Assembly (NCBI GenBank): GCA_965637545.1
Contig: OZ281499.1
Location: 14,260,001-14,324,000, forward strand
Length of the DNA: 64,000 nt
Direction of reading: 5' to 3'
Source: Phallusia mammillata
Lineage: Eukaryota
The notes under the pieces were generated by a model. The model made no database searches. It saw only the letters and a program-made list of their open reading frames with translations, and was not told the origin of the DNA. The translations under genes and the position numbers were made by a program. This document shows positions 53,042-64,000 of the stretch, one piece after another; the stretch's first letter is position 1; every line of letters begins with the position of its first letter.

Positions 53042-56000
53042 TTATATTTTTATCAAATTGATAGCTTTAACGGCGTTGGCCATGACCTCCAAGTGGATAG
53101 AGTTTGGCCTGTTCCGCTGGATAGAAAGTTTAGAGTGTAAAGATCGGATTAGGGATCGGGCTAGGTCTTTGTCAAGTGTGGGGCTGATGGAGTGGGTTTC
53201 GGCTTTTATTTTGTTACGGGTTTTCCATATCGCATGGGAGAGGGTTGAATTCAGTAGGGATATAAGTGTGTGTTCGGATGCTGAAGGGTGGTCGGGTTTA
53301 ATAAATTCATAGTGGGAGGGGGTGTCAAAGTAGGTGGTTGGATTTCCGGTTGTTTTGGTGAAGATTTTTTTTGCAAGGGTGAGGAGGCTTTGTATTTGGG
53401 GGCAGGTGTGGAAAAGGTGGTCGTAGGTTTCGAAATGGGTGTTGCAAAGGTAGCAGTTTGTGTCCTTGTCAAGAAAGAATATGGTGAATTTACAGTGTAG
53501 GGGTAGGGTTTTTTGTTTGAGTCGGTAGTTGAAGGTTTTAATGTAGTTGGGGTGAATTGGGTGGTGGATGAGGGACCAATCGGTGGGATTCGTGGGGTCG
53601 GGGTCAGGGTTGACTAATCTAGTGTAGAGTGGTTTGGATTTTGGGGATAACAGTTCGGATTGTGTTGGGTTCAGTTTTGCAAGTAGCGACAAGGTGGTCT
53701 GGTAAAAGGGGGAAGGTTTGTTTGAGTGGGGAAGGTAGTTTCTGGTGCGGAGGTTAAAAAGTCTGGAGATGGGGTGTCCAACGTGGTACTCGAGTAGGGA
53801 AAGCTGGGGTGTTGTCGGGGTATCAAAAATTCTGTGCAAGAGGTATTTCCGTAGGGGTGCAAGAAAAAAAATGTCTGTGTATAAGGGAATGTTGGCGACG
53901 TCGTAACCACCAAGGTCACGACGTGCGGATAGGGTTTTTATTGGGAGGGGAGGATTTGGGTAGGCTGAAATGAAGTCTACCACAATGCCATCGACTGTTT
54001 CTCGCTGCGTGGGTGGAAGTGGGTAGGTTCGTGCCAGGTATGAGAGTTTGGGGAGAAGCAGGGTTTTGGTTAAAATGCTCTTGGCGTCGTAGGTGAGGAA
54101 AGGGTGTTTGAGGGACGTGGAGGTTTCTTTAAGGGAGCAGATGGCGTTTCTCCATGCTGCGGTGATGGATTTGGGGTGGCCGATGGGAATGTTGAGAGGG
54201 GTGATTACAGTCGGGTTCCAGTTGATATCGGGGAGGTTTGGAGAGTTTGGGGGGCAGAGGGTAGCAATCGCCTGGGTTTTGGTGGGGTTTAGGGCTAAGC
54301 CGGTAATCAGGGTGAAACGGGATATTAATTGAAAGGATGTTTCTAGGGAATGGGAGCCGGCCACCGCAAGGGTGACGTCGTCCGCAAAGGCGATTGCTTT
54401 TGGTGTGTTTCGACAAGGGGCTGGGACAGGTGATATCGAAGGGTGGTTTTGGATGGCAGCGAGTAATGGGTCGATGGCAATCAGGAAGAGGGTCAAGCTC
54501 AGCGGGTCGCCTTGCCGGACACCTCTCCTGATCGGGAAGCCCGTTGTGGCAAAACCATTGAGGAGGGTGTGTGAGTAAGCGGTGGTCTGCAGAGAAAGAA
54601 TGTAATTGACAAAGGTAGGGGGAAAACGTTTTCGGGTAAGTTGTAATTTTAACCAGGTGTAGGAAATGGAGTCAAAGGCTTTTTGGAAGTCGAGCGAAAC
54701 AAAAAAGGAATCAGAGGAACGGGATGTGGCTTCATGAAATAGGTCGCGGAGGAGGGTTGTGGCGTCGGAGGTGGTCGAATTGGGTTGTGCAAATTGGTTT
54801 TGGGAAATTATCTGGGAAAGGAAGGGTTTGATGCGGAGGTTTAGGGTTTTTTGTAGTATTTTTAGGTCGGCGTTCAGGAGGGATATGGGGCGGTAGTTTG
54901 TGAGGAGGGATGGGTTGTTCTTCTTGTGGATTAGGGTGAGGTGTCCAAGGTTGAATTCTAAAGGGGTATAGGCGTTGAGGTACGCGTGGTCCAGGGCTTG
55001 GGTGAGGTCAGCCCCGATTAGGTCCCAGTAGAGCGAGTAAAACTCGATACTGAGACCGTCGGGACCCGGGGTTTTGCCGTTTGGGAAAAGGGATATGGTA
55101 TTTTTTATTTCGCTTTTCGATAATGGTTGGGATAGGGATTGGGTTTGGTCTTCCGGTATGGGGTTGAGTGGTTGTTTCAAAAAGATATTGTCCGGGGGTG
55201 GGATAGGTTTGTTTTGGTCCGAGTAGAGGTCTGTGAAAAAGCGGTGAGTATGGGAAAGCATTTCCTTGGGTGTGGTTAGGGGAAGTCCAAGGTCGTTTTC
55301 CAGTTCGGTTATCGGGGGGTGTCGTTTGGAGGGGAGGAGTTGTGAGTAAAGGGTTTTGTCTGCCATGTGTTTGAAATGGGGGTCAGAAGCGAGGGATTTA
55401 ATTAGATGGGATCGGGCGGTGTCGAGGTGGAGAGTTGCGAGGGATTTTTTTACAGCAAGGAAGGTTTTGTAGTTTTCAGAGGAAGGGTCGTCGTTGAGGG
55501 TTTGCCGAAGGGTGTTAAGTTGGGTCTGGAGGTTGTGGGTATGGGTACGCTGTTCTTGGGCAATTCGTTTTGAGTGGGTTTGGATAAGTTTTTTGAATTT
55601 TACTTTAAGGGTCAACCAGAAGTCCAAGGGATTGGGGTGGAATGGGGCAAGGGTTTTCCATACGGGGTAAAGTTGTCGGAGGTGTTTTTGGAAGTGAGGA
55701 TCGTGAAGGGTGTTGACGTTGTTTTTCCAAGTGCCTCTGCCCCTGGGTGGGGCAGAGACTAGGTTCAGGGTAAGGATTACAAGGTCGTGGTCTGAAAGGG
55801 ATGTTGGGAGGAAGGTGTGTTGTTTTGGGGTGAGGGCTGGAGATATGTAAATGCGGTCGATTCGGGATTGGGTGTTAGGTGCTCGACGGGTGAATTGGCG
55901 TAGGGTGGGGTGGAGTAACCGAAAAGAGTCCTGCAGGTGAAAGGTTGTTAGAAGGTTCTGTAGTGTTTTATTAGGAGGGTGGGTATGGCTGGGGGGATAT

Positions 56001-56482
56001 CTGTCAAGAGAGGGGTTTTCTACACAGTTGAAGTCGCCGGTTAGGATGATAGGGTGGGGTGAATTAATGTAAGGGTATAGTGAGTCGAAAAAGGTGTTGC
56101 GGGCTTGATGATTTTTACTGCCGGAGGGTGCATAAATGTTTACGATATGGATGGTGTGGGTTCGGGTAGATATGTCGGTCGTAATAATACGACCGGTGGA
56201 GTCAGAAATAGAATTTAGAATGGAAATACTAGAGGAGTTTAGAAGAACTGCGACACCGCCGCTGGCTGAGCCTTTGTGCGGTGCCGAGTTTAAGAGGATG
56301 GGGCCGGAAGTCCATTCGGACTTCCACAGGGATTCGGTTTGGGGGGTAGAGTGGGTTTCTTGGAGGCAAAAAAGGTCAAAGTTTAAAGAGGACAGATGAC
56401 GGAACAGGGCGTGGCGTTTGGAGGCCTGGCCTATGCCGTTTACATTCAGCGTACAGATTTTTAGATAACTGGTCGGCGCCAT
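53042..56482 (-). CDS. Element D ORF2: APE endonuclease, RT, Zn finger
   Basis: ATG at 56482 (MAPTSYLKICTLNVNG), LQETH, SDH, YRPISLLNAD, GVRQGDPLS, FADD, CYLC...H...C. Confidence 0.94.
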   Translation of the reverse strand: MAPTSYLKICTLNVNGIGQASKRHALFRHLSSLNFDLFCLQETHSTPQTESLWKSEWTSGPILLNSAPHKGSASGGVAVLLNSSSISILNSISDSTGRIITTDISTRTHTIHIVNIYAPSGSKNHQARNTFFDSLYPYINSPHPIILTGDFNCVENPSLDRYPPSHTHPPNKTLQNLLTTFHLQDSFRLLHPTLRQFTRRAPNTQSRIDRIYISPALTPKQHTFLPTSLSDHDLVILTLNLVSAPPRGRGTWKNNVNTLHDPHFQKHLRQLYPVWKTLAPFHPNPLDFWLTLKVKFKKLIQTHSKRIAQEQRTHTHNLQTQLNTLRQTLNDDPSSENYKTFLAVKKSLATLHLDTARSHLIKSLASDPHFKHMADKTLYSQLLPSKRHPPITELENDLGLPLTTPKEMLSHTHRFFTDLYSDQNKPIPPPDNIFLKQPLNPIPEDQTQSLSQPLSKSEIKNTISLFPNGKTPGPDGLSIEFYSLYWDLIGADLTQALDHAYLNAYTPLEFNLGHLTLIHKKNNPSLLTNYRPISLLNADLKILQKTLNLRIKPFLSQIISQNQFAQPNSTTSDATTLLRDLFHEATSRSSDSFFVSLDFQKAFDSISYTWLKLQLTRKRFPPTFVNYILSLQTTAYSHTLLNGFATTGFPIRRGVRQGDPLSLTLFLIAIDPLLAAIQNHPSISPVPAPCRNTPKAIAFADDVTLAVAGSHSLETSFQLISRFTLITGLALNPTKTQAIATLCPPNSPNLPDINWNPTVITPLNIPIGHPKSITAAWRNAICSLKETSTSLKHPFLTYDAKSILTKTLLLPKLSYLARTYPLPPTQRETVDGIVVDFISAYPNPPLPIKTLSARRDLGGYDVANIPLYTDIFFLAPLRKYLLHRIFDTPTTPQLSLLEYHVGHPISRLFNLRTRNYLPHSNKPSPFYQTTLSLLAKLNPTQSELLSPKSKPLYTRLVNPDPDPTNPTDWSLIHHPIHPNYIKTFNYRLKQKTLPLHCKFTIFFLDKDTNCYLCNTHFETYDHLFHTCPQIQSLLTLAKKIFTKTTGNPTTYFDTPSHYEFIKPDHPSASEHTLISLLNSTLSHAIWKTRNKIKAETHSISPTLDKDLARSLIRSLHSKLSIQRNRPNSIHLEVMANAVKAINLIKI

Positions 56483-56529
56483 TTTAACGTTTGAATGAAA
56501 AGGGGAACAATAAGGTAACACAGTTTTTT

Positions 56530-58038
56530 TTAAAAAAAGGTGGCGTTAAAATCTGACGGTATGCGAGCTTTGCATGAGCAGAGAATTCGTTCATCGCGCG
56601 CTAAATTGTAACAATTTCCGCAAGTGCATTGTATTAGTAGTCTTTTACACTTTTTATTAGTACACTGCGATGGGCTTTTATAGTTCTGTTCTGTGGCGTA
56701 AGTGCCACATTTGCACTTAATGTGCATTGTGCCGCACAAACAACGCATGTTTCTACCTTCGTATGCTGTAAGGCAGCAATTTGTCCGGTTCTTCGGCGGT
56801 GTCGCTGCTGGTCGTTTCCTCCTCCGGACGATCTTGTATCCTTCCTCCTGTGGGGTGATGATCTCCTCTGGAAGCGATGTGTCCGGAAGGGGGACGACCC
56901 CTTCCTCATTTTCTTGGGTAATCCTGGGTGTTGAGGTCGTGGGCGCACTTGGCGCAGGCCCAGGAGAGCCGGCTTGCTCAACCATATTTGGGAGCTTCGA
57001 CCGCGGACTCCTGGGGTTGGTAGTTGGACCACCGACTCGCTCGACCTTTTCAGGGAGCACCTGTCGCGAGGTCAATGGAGGGGCCGACGTTGTTGTCTCC
57101 TCCTCGTTGTTCTTCTTCTGACCACCGACTCGCTCGACCTGATCAGGGAGCACCTGTCGCGAGGTCTGGGGAGGGGATGTTGTTGCGATCTCCTCCGTAT
57201 CCTTCTTCTGACCACCGACTCGCTCGACCTGATCAGGGAGCACCTGTCGCGAGGTCTGGGGAGGGGATGTTGTTGCGATCTCCTCCGTATCCTTCTTCTG
57301 ACCACCGACTCGCTCAACCTGACCAGGGAGCACCTGTCGCGAGGTCTGGGGAGGGGATGTTGTTCCGATCTCCTCCGGTGCTTCAGCTGGAACATCAGGC
57401 TGTTCTTGGGTTTGCTGGGCCTGACGCTCCAGCAGCGACGGGCATTCCTCCTTCTTATGGCCTACGATCTGACAATAGGCACAAGCCCGTGGTTGGCCAG
57501 TGTAGAACATTAACACTGACCACTTTCCTAGAAAGATGCTTTCTGGGATGGGGCTTTCCGCGAGAACGGATCTCTTCATAAAGAAAGCCCGTTTCCCCAG
57601 AGACTTGCTCATCGGGTCTTTAACTCTGTAAGAACGCTCGACTGGAGCGTACGTTCTGTCCAGATAATCCACGATTTCTCGCATATCAATCCCTGGGGGA
57701 CAGCGAGACATGACAACCTTCACTAGATTGTCAGCGTAGGCTGTGGCGTAATCCGCCCTTTGGCTGTTGGTCAGGGCGACCGCTAGATCTTTGGCCTTCG
57801 CCTCCGTGCTACAATAAAAAGTAACTCGGCCCTTCGGCAGTTGAATGATGCCGTCCAAGTCGGCTCGAAAATTGAACCTGATAGCCCGTAAAACTTCGTA
57901 AATCTCCTGTCTTTTCAGGCCAGGGTTAAAGCGGGCTTCCACCTCGACATTTCGGTCGAAAGCGAAAGGCTCTTGACCTTCATTTGCAGTGGTGGCTGTG
58001 GGAGCCAAACTCTTCTTTGTGGCGGCAGCGTAGGACAT
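56530..58038 (-). CDS. Element D ORF1
   Basis: MSYAAATKK start, knuckle CAYCQIVGHKKEEC, 30-aa tandem repeats, Cys-rich C-terminus. Confidence 0.9.
   Translation of the reverse strand: MSYAAATKKSLAPTATTANEGQEPFAFDRNVEVEARFNPGLKRQEIYEVLRAIRFNFRADLDGIIQLPKGRVTFYCSTEAKAKDLAVALTNSQRADYATAYADNLVKVVMSRCPPGIDMREIVDYLDRTYAPVERSYRVKDPMSKSLGKRAFFMKRSVLAESPIPESIFLGKWSVLMFYTGQPRACAYCQIVGHKKEECPSLLERQAQQTQEQPDVPAEAPEEIGTTSPPQTSRQVLPGQVERVGGQKKDTEEIATTSPPQTSRQVLPDQVERVGGQKKDTEEIATTSPPQTSRQVLPDQVERVGGQKKNNEEETTTSAPPLTSRQVLPEKVERVGGPTTNPRSPRSKLPNMVEQAGSPGPAPSAPTTSTPRITQENEEGVVPLPDTSLPEEIITPQEEGYKIVRRRKRPAATPPKNRTNCCLTAYEGRNMRCLCGTMHIKCKCGTYATEQNYKSPSQCTNKKCKRLLIQCTCGNCYNLARDERILCSCKARIPSDFNATFF
57028..57375. 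repeat. About 3.8 x 90-bp coding tandem repeat in element D ORF1
   Basis: 57121-57210 and 57211-57300 are identical and encode EEIATTSPPQTSRQVLPDQVERVGGQKKDT. Confidence 0.9.
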
Positions 58039-58279
58039 ACTGGGCTGCTGTAAAAGCCACAACAAGAACTAGCCTCAAACAAAGAAAAGGCTGCACCAAC
58101 CGGTGTCAAGTTGCACGAACCCGTGTGAAAGCGGGAAACAGCAACAAGCGGCTTCTCTAAACAAAGAAAACCTTCCTCGAACCGCTTGCAAGCGGACAAG
58201 AACAATGAAATTTCTGGGAAAACTTGTAAACAAGTTACCCACATGAAAATAACAAAAGCTGCCTCAAATCCAAAACTGA

Positions 58280-58861
<582 letters not shown>

Positions 58862-59439
58862 ATCGTCGCCCCTGTCTCGTACGTGGTGCAAACCGAAAAA
58901 CGGCTCTTTTCAGAGCCACCCGAATTTTTCGCAAAAGAGATTTCAAGATGGCCGCCCCCCCCCGCTGCGGCCCGGGACCGTGCATTGCTCGCCCCGAACG
59001 AATGTCTTCCTTGTAGCCTTTGCCCAATTTTTGCGATGGCAAACTATTTCGACCAATTGAAACCGCATTCCAATTTCACAACACAGCCCTACATGACGTC
59101 ACTGTGCACCCTGTTGCCTTTGTCGTCGAGTTCGACCAGGGCTCCGGCTCCGGGCGAAACGAGCCTTTAATGTGCGTCATTCATGCTCCAGCGAGCAACT
59201 GTCCTCGCGCAATTGAATTTCACCCAACGAAACGAAATGCCATTTCGAAACACGGCAAAAGAGACTAGCCGGCGGCGGCCATGTTCCTGTTTTTGCCGCG
59301 CACATCGCAGGCAAGCGTACTTACTTACGCCGTAAAAAAATGGCACGACGCGCCGGCCCCCGAAACAAGTCAAGTATCTCTTTCGCAAGGGTTTAGGTGG
59401 CTCTGAAAAGAGCCGTTTTGGTTGTTGGTGTGCCGCTTC

Positions 59440-59976
<537 letters not shown>

Positions 59977-60186
59977 TCAGCGCTTTGATCTCGCCGCACC
60001 GGCCAAGCGGCCGGCCGCGAAACGAGTGTATTTCTGCGCAAAAACGAGCGCCGCCAAGGCCCCGGGCCTGGCCTAGCCTAGCCGCCCCTTCTCGCAAAAT
60101 TCTCTCCCGCCAAGTATGGGTGGCCCTGAAAAGGGCCGATTTTGTTGTTGTTGCCGCTTGTGACAAGTCCGAAAGGTGCTGGCAGC

Positions 60187-60651
<465 letters not shown>

Positions 60652-60777
60652 TCAGTTTCGAAAGGCTAAGTGCGACTGGCGCGCGCAAAACACGAGTTGT
60701 TTTTCCCTTTGCGAAAGTGTGGGTGGCCCTGAAAAGAGCCGTTTTTGTTGCGCGCGGAAAATCTACCGCGCTCCGCT

Positions 60778-61374
60778 CTACTTCTTGGTCGCCTTCTTGG
60801 CGGCAGGCTTTTTGGCCTGCTTCTTGGCTGCCGGTTTCTTCGCCTTCACAGCCGTCTTCTTGGGTGACTTCTTAGCCGCCGCAGCCGGGGCCCTTTTCGC
60901 TTGCTTGGCCGCCTTCTTGGGTGACGACTTCTTGCCCGCCGCCGCCTTCTTGGCAGGCGCTTTTTTGGCGGCCGGCTTCTTTTTCGGGGACTTCTTCGCG
61001 TCCTTCTTGGCTGCGGCCGCCTTGGGCTTGTCCGCCTTCTTGCCGGCTGCTGCCTTGGGCTTCTTCTTCTTCTTGCCCTCGCCGGCCTGCGGCTTCACGA
61101 GCTTGAAGGAGCCGGACGCGCCGGTGCCCTTGGTGCGTGCCAACTGGCCCTTTTCGGCAAGGCGCCGCAGCGCCAGCTTGATATGGCTGTCGGCCGAGTC
61201 ACCCACCTTGTAGTTGGCCTTGATGTACTTGGCGATCGCCTGGCGCGACGAGCCGCCCCTCTCCTTCAGCTGCGCGATGGCAGCGCTGATCATCTCCTGG
61301 TATGTGGGGTGCGCCTTGGGCGCGGCCGCCTTCTTGCTGGCCTGCTTCTTTCCTGCGCTCTTCGCGTCGGACAT
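60778..61374 (-). CDS. H1: Linker histone H1
   Basis: Same protein as the other copies. Stem-loop at 60725-60740. Confidence 0.96.
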   Translation of the reverse strand: MSDAKSAGKKQASKKAAAPKAHPTYQEMISAAIAQLKERGGSSRQAIAKYIKANYKVGDSADSHIKLALRRLAEKGQLARTKGTGASGSFKLVKPQAGEGKKKKKPKAAAGKKADKPKAAAAKKDAKKSPKKKPAAKKAPAKKAAAGKKSSPKKAAKQAKRAPAAAAKKSPKKTAVKAKKPAAKKQAKKPAAKKATKK

Positions 61375-62811
61375 TTTGATTTCTGCTAGTGACTGACTGA
61401 CTGACTGACAAAGAAATGACGTTTGCCGGTCGAGCGGCTTCGACGCGTATTTGTACGGCGTGTCCGCACTAACGCGAAACGACGTTTCGGAAAGCCCGCC
61501 GACGGTGCGGGTGCTACTTGCTGTTTGTGCTTGAATCGCCTAAACGCGGGCCTGCCCAAGTGCGGCCCCAGGTCGCTCGGCGTCGGCCTGTGCCCTGTCG
61601 AGGAGCGTAGCGCTCAGGGCGCACGCCAGCGCAATTGCAGACCGGCACCGCGCCGCCGCGCTCCACGGGGGGCTCAGGAGCGAGGCGGCAAGGTGTGCGG
61701 TGCGCCCGGTCGAGTGCAGGCGTGGCCTTCACGCGGGCGTGGGCCCGGGTGGGACGGATTCAGGCGATTTCTCTTGTCGAAAACGCAAGTCCCAGGTGGC
61801 CCGGAGCTCGTGGCACCGGGCACTGTCCGGTGCGGTGGTGCGGGTCGAAGTGGTGGGGCCGCCAAGGCCGCGGGTTAGTACAGGTTGGGCCCGGCGCGTG
61901 CGCAGCAGGGGTCACGCCGCTGGTCGGGCCACCAGAGCGAAAGAGAGAGGGCCGAAAGTGAGACAGCACGCGTGTTTGGTTGTTTGGTTGTTTGCCTTGG
62001 CCCTTGGCCTCGCGCCCGTTGATTGCGTTTTGTCGACGCATTTGCACGGGTTCGGCTCGTCGGTGGGGCGGGTGGCGCCTGACGGTTGTCGTTAGTTCGC
62101 CGGTCGGCTTGCTGCACCACGTTTCAGTATTTTGTTTCGCCAGTTTGCGCGGCTTTTGCGGTTCGATGCGCGCGTGGGTATTGGCAGGAGGCGAAATCGT
62201 GCGGCGCACGTAAAGCCGAGCGCGCGGTGTTGCCGCTTTGTCCATCTTTTCCTATTTCTCTGGCTTGCGGCAGGTTATGACGCACTTGTGTTCCTTTTAA
62301 TGGCTGTAAAATCGTTCGCGGTCTGGGGTTTTTCCCTCGGGCTACTGGTTGAGTTTCGGTTCGGCGAGGTCGGGTCGTTTTTTTTCCGAGTGGCAGCGGA
62401 ACTGAACTGGGCTGGCAACGGCGCAGTTTTGGGGGCATTGAAAACAAACAGTGTTTGCCTGTCGACTCGACTCGCGAAAAAGCGGCTAGATCGAGGGTGG
62501 TCCCAACGCTGAAGTGGCCAACACAAAAAGCAAAGTGCGCTTTGCCGTGGCGGCGGTACATTGTGCGCAACGACATTTTTTGGTTTTTGTTTTTTCTTGT
62601 TGGCACGGAGCAAAATGAGAAGGGAAAAAAAAGCAAAAAAACAGAAACGACAAGAAAGTCGGCAAAGCAGGCCTTTCGGCGCTCGCGATTGATTCTCTCC
62701 CTGAACGATCGGGTGGCTCTGAAAAGAGCCGTTTTGGTTGGCGGCGGCGGCGGCGCTCGCTGAGGATGAGGCCCCCCGCGGCGGCGCTTGCTGCTGGTGG
62801 TGGTGGCTTGC

Positions 62812-63171
62812 TTACTTGGAGCTGGTGTACTTGGTGACGGCCTTGGTGCCTTCGGACACCGCGTGCTTGGCCAATTCGCCGGGCAGGAGCAGACGGACCG
62901 AGGTCTGGATCTCGCGGCTGCTGATGGTCGACCGCTTGTTGTAGAGCGACAGGCGCGACGCCTCGCCGGCGATGCGCTCGAACACGTCGTTGACGAACGA
63001 GTTCATGATGCCCATCGCCCGGCTCGAGATGCCGGTGTCGGGGTGCACCTGCTTCAACACCTTGTAAATGTAGATGCTGAAGGTCTCGCGTCTGCGCTTT
63101 CGCCGCTTCTTGGTCTTGTCGGCCGGCGCGGCCTTCTTCACTGCCTTCTTGGTGCCTTTGCTAGCTGCCAT
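62812..63171 (-). CDS. H2B: Histone H2B
   Basis: Same protein as the other copies. Stem-loop at 62715-62730. Confidence 0.97.
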   Translation of the reverse strand: MAASKGTKKAVKKAAPADKTKKRRKRRRETFSIYIYKVLKQVHPDTGISSRAMGIMNSFVNDVFERIAGEASRLSLYNKRSTISSREIQTSVRLLLPGELAKHAVSEGTKAVTKYTSSK

Positions 63172-63446
63172 GCTGCTGCTCACTGAATTTCTTTCGAAAG
63201 GAAACGAACTGAGCGGCTCTCCGGCCACCGCGGGCATTTATAGGCGCTCCATGCAAATGAGGCGTCCGTCCTCCCGACGAGCGGCGCTCCCGGGAGCAAA
63301 AGGAAACAATGGCCCCTTGTGGTCGAGTCGTGATCCGAGCGTGATCGGAGTGCGAGAGAATTTCGACAAAGGCGAGAGCTATAAAAGGAGAAGGGCGGCG
63401 AGTGGCAGGCATTCGACCTTGTTTGGTTTGTCATTCGCTCAGCTAA

Positions 63447-63851
<405 letters not shown>

Positions 63852-64000
63852 ATCGTCGCCCCTGTCTCGTACGTGGTGCAAACCGAAAAACGGCTCTTTT
63901 CAGAGCCACCCGAATTTTTCGCAAAAGAGATTTCAAGATGGCCGCCCCCCCCCCCCGCTGCGGCCCGGGACCGTGCATTGCTCGCCCCGAACGAATGTCT

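Overview
AT-rich invertebrate (animal) genomic DNA in three zones. (1) 1-13.9 kb is a graveyard of decayed transposons: P-like, MULE, Harbinger, CR1/L2-like, a hAT MITE and a tRNA-Val-like pseudogene. (2) 13.9-27.6 kb is an env-bearing Ty3/Gypsy element: 5' LTR, gag, -1 frameshift, pro, pol, an extra Cys-rich membrane-protein ORF and a class I fusion env. Its gag carries nested hAT and P-type insertions, and the element is cut off at the end of env. (3) 27.6-64 kb is a replication-dependent histone array with a 4,993-bp unit (H2A<, H2B>, H1>, H4>, H3>) that flips orientation at about 52-58 kb. The most striking system is four different L1/Tx1-type non-LTR retrotransposons, each inserted in sense orientation at the extreme 5' end of a histone gene (H3, H2A leader, H4, H2A leader). 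They show several histone-mimicking features: histone-leader-like 5' ends, an H2B-type octamer pair, an H4 initiator copy, a histone 3' stem-loop mimic, and a 3' end that rebuilds a full-length H4 ORF. Three of them also have a covarying inverted repeat that pairs the ORF2 start codon with the ORF2 stop region. All calls were made by eye from motifs. No alignments or database searches were run, so family names and novelty claims need checking.
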